Assembly: GCF_004010195.1 (NCBI RefSeq)
Contig: NC_057711.1
Span: forward strand, 71,931,142 to 71,995,141
Direction: 5' to 3'
DNA from: Chiloscyllium plagiosum
Lineage: Eukaryota
Length of the DNA stretch: 64,000 bases
Part shown: in pieces, positions 24,607-37,710 of the stretch
Layout of the letters: each line of letters opens with the position of its first letter
How positions within the stretch are numbered: the first letter of the stretch is position 1
Translations under genes and position numbers: made by a program
The notes under the pieces: generated by a model
Seen by the model: only the letters and a program-made list of their open reading frames with translations
Databases searched by the model: none
What the model was told of the DNA's origin: nothing

Positions 24607-26694
24607 TGAAGTCTCAGATTATCCATTAGAAAATTTAATTTAAGAATAATTAAATCTCCTTCTTGCCATTTAGAATGTTACATGAACTCCCTTGGCATAG
24701 ATTTTCTTAAAACAACTCTAATTCAGGTTTGCTACTGTTAATCTTGGAGCCTAATGATGAAGTACCACAAACCCACACTACAGCAGGATGTCATCCTGCC
24801 TGAAGTAGACAAGATGTATTTACATAATCCATGAGTCACTGCCAGGAATGTGCTGTAACCACTTGGTGGTAAAATAGACTTTATTTTCATCAATGCTTTA
24901 AGTGGGAGTGAATTTGTGGGAGTGAGGAAGCATATTTCCACTCCGCCGCAGCCAAGCCATATTTCTTCATACTAAATGAATGTATCTTGCTGGGAGGGAG
25001 AGGCAGCACCTTGTTTCGGTAAATATCACCGCATTAATTAGATTCAAGTGGCAGAAGATATGTCTGTTTTTAATTTAATCTAAACCTGCTGTTCCAACCC
25101 TTTCTGGAATGGGAATGCTTAGTAGGGATAGGGGAGAACACTTAAATTTACAACTGTTCCAAATCCTATAGCAAAAATGAAGGCTTGAATCATCCAAGCA
25201 ATGGTTGAGCTGAGGTGCTGGCTTGTAGATTCTTCTGACCTGATGCAGTTGTGCATTACTTACAGAATCTGCTGGTCTCCACTTGAAAGGATTGCAACCC
25301 CCTGCAACTCTATAAGAGCAGTTAGTGGAAGGCAAGAATGAAGTGGTAGCTCTTGCGAAGAACTGAGGGAGGAATGCTAGGTTGTATGGCTTTCCTCTGT
25401 GTAGTATCATTCTGTAATTCTAATCCAGTGTCACAGAGAGTCATGTAAGTGTCGCTACACTTGTCTTATTGTAGACAAGTTTTGCCTGTAAAGCTCAATA
25501 CTACAACAGCTGAGTCACAACCACAACCAAAACCTTGCTTTTTCTCCTTATTTGTCCCTGCAAGACAATGAACAACTTGCCATTGAAGTGGAGTGTTGTG
25601 CTATTTGCTTGTCTTTCCCAGCATACACCTTATTTTGTTTTCAGTAAAATGTCAATGTGTTTACACACTCAATGTTTCAGGCATTCGGTGTCAGGGGGTG
25701 GAAGGAAATGATTGACAAGTTGCTGCTTGAAATATAGATAAGTAAATCGCATTGTTCTGTAAAGGCAAACTATCAGGAGTCCATGATGCCCCAGTAGCAG
25801 CACAATCAAAACTCCTGCTGCCTGGCAATTAGAGTAGAGCCTTTTCCATTCACTATATTTTCTCTGACCCAGGGGAAGCTTTCACCGTAACCCATTTGCA
25901 TCAGTGTCACTTTGATTCTGAAGACTGAAAAAGGAAACAGATCAATTCAGGTAGTTATTGTTGGTGATACCTAAGACTGAAAATCAGAGGCCTCTGTGTG
26001 TCATGACAATGATGTAAGGGATAAATAAATGAATATTACATTTAGGGAAAGTTCTATTTACTGTCCAATGTTTTGTTGCAAACATGGAAATGGGCAACAT
26101 AATACAAATTTTCAATTGTACTAGTAAGGGTGACAACCAAAGAAAAGGGAAGACCAAATGATGTCTGAATTCTTGATATACTTATTTCAAAATGTATCTT
26201 CATAACAACAGCCAGAAAAAATATCAACCAGTACAATTGTCTATTCTGTCACTTTCAGCTTTGTACAAGATTAAAACAACACTTTACTGTCATTTCTATA
26301 AGAACCTGTCACTCTCAGATCCCTGCCTAAGGATCAAGGATTTCAAATAGCCTTAGTTCCGTGCTTTAACCAAAATATTCTTTATTGCAACTACTTGACA
26401 AATCTCAGGAGGAAATGCCCACTTTCATTTTGCTATATTGTGTGACACAATTTTTTCATATCTTGCTCAAACAGTAGCTAGAGAACAAAGTTAATTTATT
26501 GATGTTTAATCTTTCACATTATACTGCGCTTTTATAAAAAAATTAAATTAAATCAGAGACACTGCACAAAATTTGGCACGTAAAGAAAATAAAAAATAAT
26601 ATGGCCCTTTCACCTTTCAAAATTTATGACAGTAAACCCTTGGGATACCAAGTTTTATGACTCTTTTAGTGTACAGTACTATTAATTTCTTATA

Positions 26695-26930
26695 AAAACA
26701 GAAAGAACTAGAGAAGCTCCGCAGGACTGGCAACATCTGTGGAAAGAGAAATAGGGTTAATGTTTTATGTGCAATATGACGCTACTTCAGAACTGCAGAG
26801 TAGAATCATACAAGAGTTGAAACATATGAACTCTCTCTCTCTCCACAGATGCTACCAGACCTGCTGAATTTCTCCAATGCATTCTGTTTCTAATTCAATC
26901 TTAAGCATCCACATTACTTTGTTTTATTAT
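26695..26930. mobile_element. Ancient fold-back PLE-derived element (diverged relative)
   Basis: Inverted arms gcaggactggcaacatctgtggaaagaga / tctctccacagatgctaccagacctgc; remnant cttcagaa...gaaac at the centre. Confidence 0.65.
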
Positions 26931-27243
26931 TCAATGAATTTCATACCTGCTTTGGGTAAATGTCATACTAACAACTAAAAAAGACCAATGAATCCAAAAG
27001 ATAATGAATTAATGAGTAGTTAAAATTGTCAAGAGATCTAAAAATGGAGAGTGAGGGATTGAGCTTGTTGGCATCCATTTTGTGGACAATATGAATGTTC
27101 TTAAAGTTCTTAAAATTCTAAAATAGCATTTGTCTCACACACACGCACACATATTCTGGGGTACAATGTGAACAATGTCACAGTGGTGTGCGAGTTTACA
27201 TGCATACAGGGAAGGTCCATTGCAAGAAGGCATTTCATAATAT

Positions 27244-27333
27244 GAGGTGCTTTTGCCCGAGACGTCGATTTTACTGCTCCTCGGATGCTGCCTGAACTGC
27301 TGTGCTTTTCCAGCACCACTCTAATCTAAACTC
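27244..27333 (+). mobile_element. PLE-HHR family 1 insertion (degenerate core)
   Basis: TSD tttcataatat at 27233-27243 and 27334-27344. Confidence 0.85.
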
Positions 27334-27394
27334 TTTCATAATATCTGTCAGCATCACAAATAACACAGGGAGTTAGAAGTTAGGAGCTGGCATA

Positions 27395-27770
27395 ATTGAA
27401 TTGAATTAGTTTTACTGTCCTCATATGAGTATAGTGAACATGTTACAAATCGCCATTTATAACATCTTAGGTACAAAGGTACCTTGGACAGATTTTTGAG
27501 TACAGTTCTTAGGGAAAAAAACTAGAAAAATAAAGGAATAAAGAGTGCAGATTTACCATCCTTCCATGATAATATAATAAATAAAAAAAGAAAGAAATTA
27601 AAAATAAGAGAATTTAAGACAAAGTCCACTTATTCTATTTGACGGTTCTGGCTCAAGGACCCGACCCTCCCCATGGGAATCCTTGGCTGGACCCTTCACG
27701 ATGCCAAAGAAAGCACCACATGGACTGAAGCCACCGTAGGGAGACCCAGACCGACACCAATGAAAACAGC
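27395..27770 (-). mobile_element. Unclassified element with a Rex1-like (TTCAA)n tail
   Basis: aattgaattgaattagttttactgtc tail like 22525-22560; possibly related to 3225-3710 and 59930-60320. Confidence 0.4.
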
Positions 27771-28544
27771 CAAGATATGTGGTCCCTCAAGTCTGCTCCA
27801 CTATTCTACAAGACCATGACTGATCTGCTTACCCCACATTCCCACCTAGTCCCCATAGTCTTTCAGACCTTGCTTGTCAGGAATCCACCTCTGCCTTAAA
27901 CATACTCAAAAACTATTTTCTTTGTGCTACGATGCCTGTGGTGCTAATGTGGATTCAACTTCCACCGACTTCCCTCTCTTAAATTAGCAAAGCCCCTCAA
28001 TTACAACTAATAAAGGGGTAAGCAAATACCTGGTTCATAGCTCATTTCCTCTGCTGTTTGTGCAATTTTACAACTGTTTGTGGCTTTCTTTTTCCAAGTT
28101 TCAACACTCTACAGGACATGGAGTGGCAGGTGCTGAAGGATTTTTATTGATTTCAACACTTTCTATATAAACCAATTGCTCCCAGATACAACATCTTTTT
28201 TTTAAACCCTTGCAATTGAGCATGGCGTGGAAAATAAGCAGAGATCATGCAGAACTGGTCAAACTGCTGGAGGAGTGGAGTGTGGGAGGAGATGCGGTGG
28301 GAATGCTTATTAGTAAGTGGCTATATCTGTCCAATGCTCCCCAGGAGTGATTCTCCTACTTGAAACACAGTGAGCAACACTATGTGAAACTTAAGTGAGA
28401 AGGCCCTCACTGAGTCTGGTACCTGCTATAGAGGTTAAAGCAACTTCAGAGTTGGGAAAGGACTACTATCAGGAGCTGTGAAGGTGCCTTCAGTAAAGTG
28501 GCTAGCACCTTCCATGCTACAACTGGAACCATATCCAATGTAGA

Positions 28545-29270
28545 AACATAGGAGCAGGAGATGGGCTATTCAGCTCCCCAAGTGCACTCCACCAGGCCAA
28601 ATAATTACTGATAATTTATCTCAATGCTGTTTTCCTACACTATAACCATACCTCTTGAGGTTGCTGGTGTCTAAATCTATCAATCTCAATAGACATATTC
28701 AATGGCTGAGCTAAACAATCCTCTGGGACAGGGAATTCCAAAGATGCACTACCTTCTGAGTGAAGAACATCCTTCTCATCTCAGTGCTAAATGGTTTACA
28801 TTTTAGTTTGAGACTGTGTCCTTTGTTTCTAGTTACCACAGCCAGAGCAACATGCTTTCTGCATTTATTCCGTCTATCCTTTCAAGAATTTTGTAGGTTT
28901 CATTGAGATTGCCTCTCATTCTTCTAATCTCAGAGAATTCAAGCTCAGCCTTCTCAATCTCTGCTGATAGCACTGTCCAACCAACCCAGGAATTAGTCTG
29001 GGTTAACCTCCACTGTACTCTCTCTGTGGCAACTATCTCCTTCTTCAGATAAGGAGACTAATTACACACACTATGGTCTCACCAAGATTCTATACGATTT
29101 AAGCAAGACATCTTTACTCCTGTATTCAAATTCTCTTGTGAAAAGAGACCAGTGTATCATTTGCCTTCCTCATTACTTGCTGTACCTGCTTGCTAACTTT
29201 CAGAGGCTCATGAGGAAAGACATCCAGACCCCCTTGAACATTACCACTTTCAAACTCCTACCATTTCACA
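28545..29270 (-). mobile_element. Old CR1 3' fragment
   Basis: Reverse-complemented CR1 ORF2 end and UTR (gaattccaaagat...ctgagtgaaga...ctcatctcagt). Confidence 0.75.
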
Positions 29271-29299
29271 GTTCCACTGTTGCTTAAGAGAGCTCACTG

Positions 29300-31300
29300 A
29301 AGCTCTCTATTCAGAAATGACTAGCTACGGTTTATTCTGTCTTGGCAGAGACAGCAGGTAAAGTGAGTATGTTGCTTTGATAGAATCGTAGGCTTTCCTA
29401 TGGTACAAGTTTCCATTGACCATGCACCTATTGCTCTGTGTGCACTATCAACTCTGCACAGTATCTCCACTCTCTCACTGTTCAGATGGTGTTTGACCAG
29501 AGATTGCACATTCTCTGGTATCCTTGTAGCAGTTGTAATATCTTCATTCTTCAGCAGTCCATCAATGCCAGTTACATGTGAACCAACCCCACAAACCACT
29601 AGTGGGGGACAGGAGCTATGTGGTTGATGACTCCTGTGTGCAGCCCACAGCCACTTGGGTAAGATGCAGTCAATAAAAGTCAGGCTTATAAAGCTGACTA
29701 TTATCATATTGAAAAATACTAACAGATGTCTGTACTACTCTCGAGGAACCCTACAGTACTTAGCTGAGCAGGTCTAATGATTTGTGGTGGTCTGGTGCAT
29801 GCTGCATTACGTCAGCGTGGGGATAGCTCTTCCCACCAGATTCACAGAAAACAGGAGGAAGATGCAACCTAGATGATAATGTTTTGACTGTGCTCTCCAT
29901 AAACAGCTGTGATAGCCGTAACTCCAACATCCCCCATTCACCACCAGTCCCACCACCTTCCCTCTGTCACAAAGCATCACAGTCTCCACTTGGTCACAAG
30001 GCAACATTAAAGGACAAGACAAAGTGAACATTTCAAACCAAATGTATAAAGGAAATCCTTCTGTGTTGCATACAAAAGTCAAATAATCACCCTTGTGCCC
30101 TCCCTTGTCATCTGTCTTCCATGTGCCATTGTCTATCCATTTGGGGCTAAACAGTATTACTGAAAGAAGATAACAGGTTCTTGCTCCATGGACTCCCTGC
30201 TACTCTGTCAGGAAGCAGACTTAATAATCTAATAACCTGATGACGAAAAATTGCTTCACTGTTGTGGCATCTTCTGAATTCCTTTGAACATGACTACCTG
30301 CAGCCATGATGGCAGCAGTCTAACCTTGCCTGGCAATACTGTGAAATTGTACGACAGCATTTTGACATTGGATGGTTTCAATGCTTCAATAAAATCTGTA
30401 ACATTAGATTTCAAATGCTGCATCGTGGTTGTTTCCAGAGTAGGTATACGTCACCATTTCCATGCAAAAAAGTTGGGCTCTGAGGTCTGTGTACAATCCT
30501 GAGTGGCACGATAGTTCAGTGGTTAGCACTGCTATCTCGCAGCACCAGGGACCTAGGTTCAATTCCAGCCTCGGGTGACTGTCTGCGTGGAGTTTGCACA
30601 TTATCCCCATGTCTGTGTGGGTTTCCTCCGGGTGCTCCGGTTTCCTCCCACAGTCCAAAGATGTGCAGGTCAGGTGAATTGGCCATGCTAAATTACCCAT
30701 GGGCATTACAACATGCAATCATTCCTATCTTGAATTATCGAGTGCCTGTTGCCTCTGAATAGGTAACATTCTTCTCCTGCAAGAGAGAGCTAAGTATGTC
30801 ATTGAGTGTGCTGCAATCTGATTTGGTAACAGAGCCACTGTGGTTGATGAACATTCAAGCTGTAATATGTGAGTCTGAGACTTGCAGCTAAGTGTGAAGT
30901 GCATGAATGTTAGGTGTGAGTCCTGAATAATAGAGATTGTTGATAGGTAAGTGATGGAGGAGCATGATGAATCATTATGAGCTTAGTGGTATAGTTTTGG
31001 GAGGGTGTGCAATTTGAGGTTGGATGCAATAAATTTCACAACTTGAATAATATCACTGAATCTGTTGCACCTGGGTCTTTGCAGCTTGTCTTTCAGTATT
31101 TACCTCCATGGATGTCTATTTCTATAGTCCTTTGATGTCAGGTCTGCAGGGCATCCTGACCCACTATGAATGCAGGCATCTCTCTTACTTTTCAGCTCAT
31201 CCAAAGTGCAACATCCCAAAACCTTGGAGCCCACTCAATGTCTCCCATGTTGAATCATTCTTCACTGTTTTCCATATCAGATTTTCTTGTTGCATGACAG
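29300..31300 (-). pseudogene. Decayed Harbinger Myb/SANT-like accessory ORF
   Basis: Minus strand near 31260-31050 gives MIQHGR..APRFWDVAL...EVNTERQAAKTQVQ with frameshifts; acceptor ttgcag|GAGAAG near 30777. Confidence 0.5.
30500..30712 (+). mobile_element. HE1 SINE (5' two-thirds)
   Basis: A/B boxes and V domain. Confidence 0.9.
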
Positions 31301-34300
31301 CCAACACCTACACCAGCTCTAAAGCACACTTTACCTTTAAAAGTACTAGCTTTAACTAACCTTAACAAGTTACAGTCTGAGCTCCCTGAAGATCTGTGAA
31401 GCCAATGGCTAGCACACACACAGCAATCATCCAAATGGGTATTTACCACAAATTTGGTGAGCTGTCTGCACCACATTGGATGGGTGTAGGTCAATTGTAC
31501 ATTATCATCCCCTTGCCTATTTCAAGGTTATCCAGTTTAGCCTTCCCATGATTTACAAAAGTGATCGGCAAACATTATATTGATAGGGAAGACACATGAG
31601 GCATGAATTTAAGAAAATCTACACTGAGGCATTACAACATCTGGATTCCAGTTCAATAAAATCCATATGGAATCACAGAAAGGAATTAAGGTCAAGGCAC
31701 AGACACAAAACTAAAATTGGAAAAACCAAGAGAGATCTCTGGGGTCGGAGATATGATTAAGAAAGGCTGAAAGAGCAGTTAGTGGCCGAACAATTTCTTC
31801 ATGTCTGTGCCATTGCACACATCTGTAGTCTGAATCAATATTTGACTTGGGTTAATTGGGGAATTTCAAAACATTGTCTTATGGAACAGATCCATATAAT
31901 GGGGAAATTCTAGTAAAATGACTTGACTTTTTACAGTTACAAACCCATCTTCTACAGTTATTATTATGCCATGTGTGCTATTGAGTTAAATTTGGATATC
32001 TTCCTGTGCAAGTCAAACTTTAGCAAAATGGGTGCAAAATCACTTTTCTTATATACCAAACTAATTTGCATTGGATAAGAATCATCAGACAAATACAAAT
32101 ATAAACCAGCAAACTCTGAAGTCCTCCTATTCTACTTTATGCAATCGCTCTGATTGGCCTTTCAACTGAAGGAAACAAACAGCAATATGTTTGGGAAAAC
32201 ATGTACATATGCACCCTGAACACAGTTGCACAAAAAAATGTTCCATGTGGAGCTGCTTTGTTGATTGCCATCAGTATGAACAGGACAGTTCTATTCAAAC
32301 CACACTGACAGATTACAACACTCAGCTTCAATTACAATGTTGATTCTCAGTATAAACAAGACATTAAAGCAGAAGCTTGTACTCTATATCAAAGCTCAAC
32401 AATACTGATTCCAATTTCTGTAAGGATCACAGTGACGTGAAGGAAAAAAATGGGTCATAATGGACCATCTCAGAAAGGTCTAATCATAAATCAATTCAAT
32501 GCAATCGTGTTTGTTTTAATGCAAAACTAGCTTTAGCATATATCTGAAAGCTTAAAACTTCCCTGTGCTAAAAAGTCTTTGATAGCTGACAGAAGAATAT
32601 GTGTTCAATTGCAACTCCATAAACTGTCAAATAATCTCGAGTGAGAAGTAGCATGTTTGCTTGCATTAACTTATGGCTGAGGAATTAGCCTCAACCCATT
32701 TTCCATGCCCTGAGAAACAGATGTTGACTCTACATTTTGCTCTAAACTTCAAGACCTGTTGTCAAGGGATAAGAACAAATTTGGATTGAGACAATTAACA
32801 TCTTGCCATCTAAGCTTGTTCTGCTAGTGCCCAGGGTTTTTAATATGCCCAAGAGTTACTTGTGCTGTACTTTGGGCCCTGATGGATACTTGAAAAGTAA
32901 TGAGCTATGCATACAAACAGAAGTAATTCCACGTTAGATTAAGTCGATGTACAGTTCAACCTGGTGCTGACAATGTAATTCTTTTGTGCATATTTCAGGT
33001 TTGAGTTGCAAGAATTGATTTTTCAGTGTTGTGGTTACAAATGCTGGCAATTCTCAGTAAACTCAGACTATACCACTATAGGAATGAGAAAACATAAAAG
33101 CAGGAAGAAAAAAACAAAAGCATTAAATAGGGAAAAGCAAGTTGTGCTTTATTTCATAATGTTAAACTGAAATAAATATCACTGCGACTGAAATTCCTTT
33201 CTTATGCAACACCCTTATCTGTGCGAAACTAAATTCCGATGCTATATCAAGTACAAAAGATTAGGTTATGCTGTGTTAATAGACTGTAATACAATCAATG
33301 AATTCTGATTCTGTCATAAATGGCAAGAGTTGTTGATGTAGTCATTGGAACCCTGAGATTGTATTACAGCCACTCCAGGCTAAACCTTATTTTTGAAAGT
33401 ACTTGCTTTCTTTCTTTGAAATATTTCTTCTTGAAATATTAGAAATTTTTAAAAAGAACCTAGTTTCAATTTCTTTTCTAGCACTGTTGGATGTGGGGCT
33501 ATTTAAATTCTGCCTCCCCCACCCCCACCCCTACCCCCAATCCCCAGTGTATTGCTTTCTTTCAAGTTTGCATGGAATTCTCTATTATCTCCATTAGCTA
33601 TGTAGTTCAGCATGATAGCACTATAGAGAGAATTGTGGATGGTAATTCATAAAGCAGGTCTTTACTAATAGAATTCTTTGGCCAAACGTGCTACATTACA
33701 AAACAGGAAAGCTAACAATATTCAATGTATATTTTTAAGTGTAAAACTGAGCAGGCAATATATGTTAGGTTAATTTTAACTTACTCTTCATACCACTGAT
33801 ACAAAATTATGATTTTCCTTTGTAATACATTATGAAAATAGAAACCACAGCATTGTAACAGTTTATCTTTGCTGTAAATCAATACCAATTTTCTTTCTGA
33901 GTTTTATTCTTTCACAAACCGTAGACACATCTCAATGCACCTAGCAACTGACAGGAACTGCACATAGTCATTGTATAAGCCTAGTACTGTAAATAATGTT
34001 TTGATAATGAACTGCACATTGCTCGAAGTATTTAGCTCCTCCCTGTATGATTAACTACAAGTAAATTGATGTTACTGTGAATGATTAATTTACAATTGCA
34101 GAAGTAAAATAGATTAACTAAGCAGGAGGCTGTTAAAATCCCACTTTGCCGTTTTTCCTTCTATTTGCATGTACTAGATTAATATATTTACTCTGGATTC
34201 AGAAACCGAGTACTAAGGAAAAGAAAGCAACAAATGATTGGTATAGCGACTATAGCATGGCAACTATATACTGTATTAACAAATGCTCATTAATTCGTTC

Positions 34301-34644
34301 CTGTAATTTAATCGCATTCATCTTGTTTTCAGCTTGACTCTTTAGAACGTAAAACCTGTGTTTTTAAAAAAAACAACCAAGCAACTATTCATTATCCAAG
34401 CAGCTGTTTCTTCTTTGTTGTGTTGATTAATTCTTTTGAATTCTATTTTGTGAGGTACATGACTTTATTATGTGGGACAGACTGGCTAGACCAAGGGGTC
34501 TTTTCCTGCCTGTCATTTTTTTGTATATTCATAATTACAAGATATGCAAGTACAATGAATAAAATTGCAACTACAGACTAGAAATTAATAAATATTGACC
34601 ACATAGGTAACTTTACAGAGGGTTGTCAGGTGTGATTCAATACA

Positions 34645-34985
34645 GATTTATAAAATCATGAGGGGCATGGATAGGGTGAATAGCCAAGGTCTTTTCCCCA
34701 GTGTAGGGAAGTCCAAACATTAGGTTTAGGGTGAAAGGGGAAAGATATAAAAGGGACCTAAGGGGCAACTGCTTCACACATAGGGTGGTGCATGTATGGA
34801 ATGAACTGCCAGAGGAAGTATTGGAAACTGGTACAATTACAATATTTAAAAGGCACCTGGATGAGTATATGAATAGGAAACATATCAAGGGATGTGGACC
34901 AAATGCTAGCAAATGTGTCTAGATTAATTTAGTTTATCTAGTTGGCATGGACAAGTTGGAATGAAGTGTCTGTTTCCTTGCTGCA
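34645..34985 (+). mobile_element. HER1/CR1 3' fragment
   Basis: ORF 34731..34922 KRDLRGNCFTHRVVHVWNELPEEV. Confidence 0.9.
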
Positions 34986-35556
34986 CTGATCTGGAATTGC
35001 TGGTGTTGGACTTGAGTGGGCAAAGTTAAAAATCAAACAGCACCAGATTATAGGAGAAAGTGAGGACTGCAGATGCTGGAGACCAGAGTTGAAAAGTGTG
35101 GTGCTGGAAAAGCGCAGCAGGCCAGGCAGCATCCGAGGAGCAGGAGAATCGACGTTTCAGGCATAAGCTTCTTCAGGCCGAAACGTCGATTCTCCTGCTC
35201 CTCAGATGCTACCTGGCCTGCTGCGCTTTTCCAGCACCACACTTTTCAGCACCAGGTTATAGTCCAACAGGTTTATTTGGAAGTACTAGCTTTTGGAGTG
35301 CTGCTCCTTCATCAGGTAGCTGTGGAGCAGGATCATGAGACACAGAATTTATAGCAAACGATTTTAGTGTCATGCAATTGAAATGATATATTGAACAAAC
35401 CTAGATTGCTGTTAAATCTTTCATCTTTTGGAATGGGTTGCAGGTTTTGATTCGCAAATATGTAAATCCCAGAATAACTTTCCAGTCAAATTCTTGAGAT
35501 AACTTCCAAATAAACCCGTTGGACTATAACCTGGTGTTGTGTGATTTTTAACTTTG
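34986..35556 (-). mobile_element. PLE family 2 terminal repeat with HHR motif and inverted end
   Basis: Matches 13295-13560; HHR tac-CTGATGA-aggagcagcactcc-AAAA-gcta-gta at 35284-35318 (-); inverted arm 35505-35556. Confidence 0.85.
35054..35246. mobile_element. PLE-HHR family 1 fold-back copy nested in family 2
   Basis: TSD cagcaccag(a/g)ttatag at 35038-35053 and 35247-35262. Confidence 0.88.
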
Positions 35557-35904
35557 TCCATGCTGTGCAACAGTCTGACTATAAATATCTGTAAGAAAAA
35601 GCTACAATACTTAACAGCCAGTTGTGAAATAAGGAATGATTGCCAAACTGTCAATAGAAATGCACACAAAAATATCTCGAAGTTCATTGTGAAGCCACAT
35701 AGGTTATTGCTGAAGGTGAAGTTTTACAGTGGCACAAATCTTCACCATTAGCTTATTTCTATTTGCTTGGTTTTATTAAAAATAAATGCTCTACATGTTG
35801 TCTTGTGTATAAAGAACAATGTTTTATTTCAATGTTTAAAATTGGGATTTAAAAATGCAGGAAAACATAACACCCTTATTCGAAATGGAGAATGAAAATG
35901 TATT

Positions 35905-36690
35905 CTGGATTAGTGGTGCTGGAAGAGCACAGCAATTCAGGCAGCATCCGAGGACAGGCAAAATCGACGTTTCGGGCAAAAGCCCTTCATCAGGAATAAA
36001 GGCAGAGAGCCTGAAGCATGGAGAGATAAGCTAGAGGAGGGTGGGGGTGGGACCTGGGAGTTGCAATGAGAGAGAGACTCCCTGAGATTCTTGTAGAGAG
36101 AAGAGGAAAACTTCTTCAAGGCAGGCATCCTTGCAAGAGGATTCGCAGTAGGGTTAAAATCAACGAGGTAAAAACAATGACTGCAGATGCTGGAAACCAG
36201 ATTCTGGATCAGTGGTGCTGGAAGAGCACAGCAATTCAGGCAGCATCCGAGGACAGGCAAAATCGACGTTTCGGGCAAAAGCCCTCCATCAGGAATAAAG
36301 GCAGAGAGCCTGAAACATGGAGAGATAAGCTAGAGGAGGGGGGGGGGGGGGAGAGAGTAGCATAGAGTACAATAGGTCAGTGGGGAAGGAGATGAAGGTG
36401 ATAGGTCAGGGAAGAGAGGGTGGAGTGGATAGGTGGAAAACGAGCTGGGCAGGTCGGACAAGTCCGGACAGGTCAAGGGGACAGTGCGGAGCTGCAAGTT
36501 TGAAACTAGGATGAGGTGGGGGAAGGGGAAATGAGGAAACTGTTAAAATCCACATTGATGCCCTGGGGTTGAAGTGTTCCGAGGCGGAAGATGAGGCGTT
36601 CTTCCCCCAGGCGTCTGGTGGTGAGGAAGCGGCGGTGGAGGAGGCCCAGCACCTCCATATCCTCGGCAGAGTGGGAGGGGGAGCAGGACA
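35905..36690 (-). mobile_element. PLE family 1: ORF C-terminus plus tandem pLTR-like repeats with two HHR motifs
   Basis: ORF 36506..36694 EERLIFRLGTLQPQGINVDF (PLE GIY-YIG end); direct repeat at 299 bp offset. Confidence 0.9.
35962..35997 (-). ncRNA. Minimal hammerhead ribozyme motif, intact core
   Basis: attc-CTGATGA-A-GGGC-TTTT-GCCC-GAAAC-GTC-gatt; second copy at 36261-36296 has CTGATGG. Confidence 0.78.
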
Positions 36691-36699
36691 ACAATACTC

Positions 36700-36885
36700 C
36701 TGTTTCCTTCGACAGTCCAAAGATTTAGAAGTTATGTGGATTGGCCAGGCTAAATTGCCGGTAATGTCCAGGGATATACATGGAGAGGGTAGGGGGTGGG
36801 TCAGGGTGGGATGCCCTTCAGAGGGTTGGTGCGGACTTGATGGGCCAAATGGCCTGCTCCTACACTGTGGGGATTCAATGAATTT
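36700..36885 (+). mobile_element. Diverged HE1 SINE 3' part
   Basis: acagtccaaagat...ggattggccaggctaaattgcc...gacttgatgggccaaatggcc. Confidence 0.7.
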
Positions 36886-36889
36886 TATA

Positions 36890-37405
36890 CTCCAACATGC
36901 TTGAAATAAGGACCAACGTTCCATTAACCTTCCTGATTATCTGCTGCACCTGTCTGTCAGCTTTTTGTGTATCATGTTCAAGTATCCCTAAGTCTGTTTG
37001 TGTTGCGGCTTTCTGCAGTTTTTCTGTTTATATATTCTGTTGTTTAGTCCTCCATTTCAAAATGAACTTAATATTTCCCCATACTGTGCTCCATTTGCCA
37101 ACTTTTTGCCCACTTACGCAACCTATCAATCTCTCTCTTTCTAAACTTTATTTCTCTCATAATCTGCCATTCTGCCTATTTTTCTGTCAATAGATTTGGC
37201 AACAGTACGTTCACTTACTTTCTCATTTATTGTAAACAGTTGAGGTCACAACACTGATTCTTGCAGAACCCCACTGGTCATGGATTGTCAACCTGAAAAA
37301 GAAATCATTATCCCCACTTGCTGTTTACCTGCCAATTGGCCAATTCTCCAACCAAGCTTTTAACCTTTTGTGAGGTACCTTGTCAGACACCTTCTGGCAG
37401 TCTTA
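36890..37405 (-). mobile_element. Old CR1 RT fragment
   Basis: tgaaataaggaccaacgttccatt...ccatttgccaactttttgcccactt...gtgaggtaccttgtca; similar to 53060-53560. Confidence 0.7.
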
Positions 37406-37537
37406 ATACAGCACTGTTACTTTTTTATAATGTTTATTTTATGTTTCATTTCTAATGTTTTTCTTTGAGATTTATTGATTTATATCTTTATGCCAATCTG
37501 CTTAGTATTAAATCTTTTGCATGTTTGTAAACAACTT

Positions 37538-37612
37538 AGAGTCATAGAGTCATAGAGATGTACAGTACGGAAACAGACCCTGAGGTCCAACACCTCCATG
37601 CCAATCAGATAT
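37538..37612 (-). mobile_element. HER1 3' tail
   Basis: tagagtcatagagtcatagagatgtacag. Confidence 0.85.
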
Positions 37613-37710
37613 CTTTGCCTGTCCTCGGATGCTGCCTGAATTGCTGTGCTCTTCCAGCACCACTAATCCAGAATCTGGTTTCCAGCATCTGCAGTCATTG
37701 TTTTTACCCC
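37613..37710 (+). mobile_element. PLE family 1 terminus, inverted relative to 35905
   Basis: Reverse complement of 35905-35962 and 36168-36260. Confidence 0.9.

Noticed and set aside
25262..25411. Minus-strand ag...gtaagt candidate exon (MILHRGKPYNLAF...)
   Set aside because: Poor polypyrimidine tract, unrecognised peptide, no partner exons.
15341..25525. AP-1 sites next to ETS/TEAD/RUNX motifs (15341, 24832, 25511)
   Set aside because: Several such 7-mers are expected by chance in 64 kb; no independent support.
36336..36351. Poly-G run as a G-quadruplex
   Set aside because: The tandem copy reads gggtgggggtggg, so this is likely slippage or a sequencing artefact.
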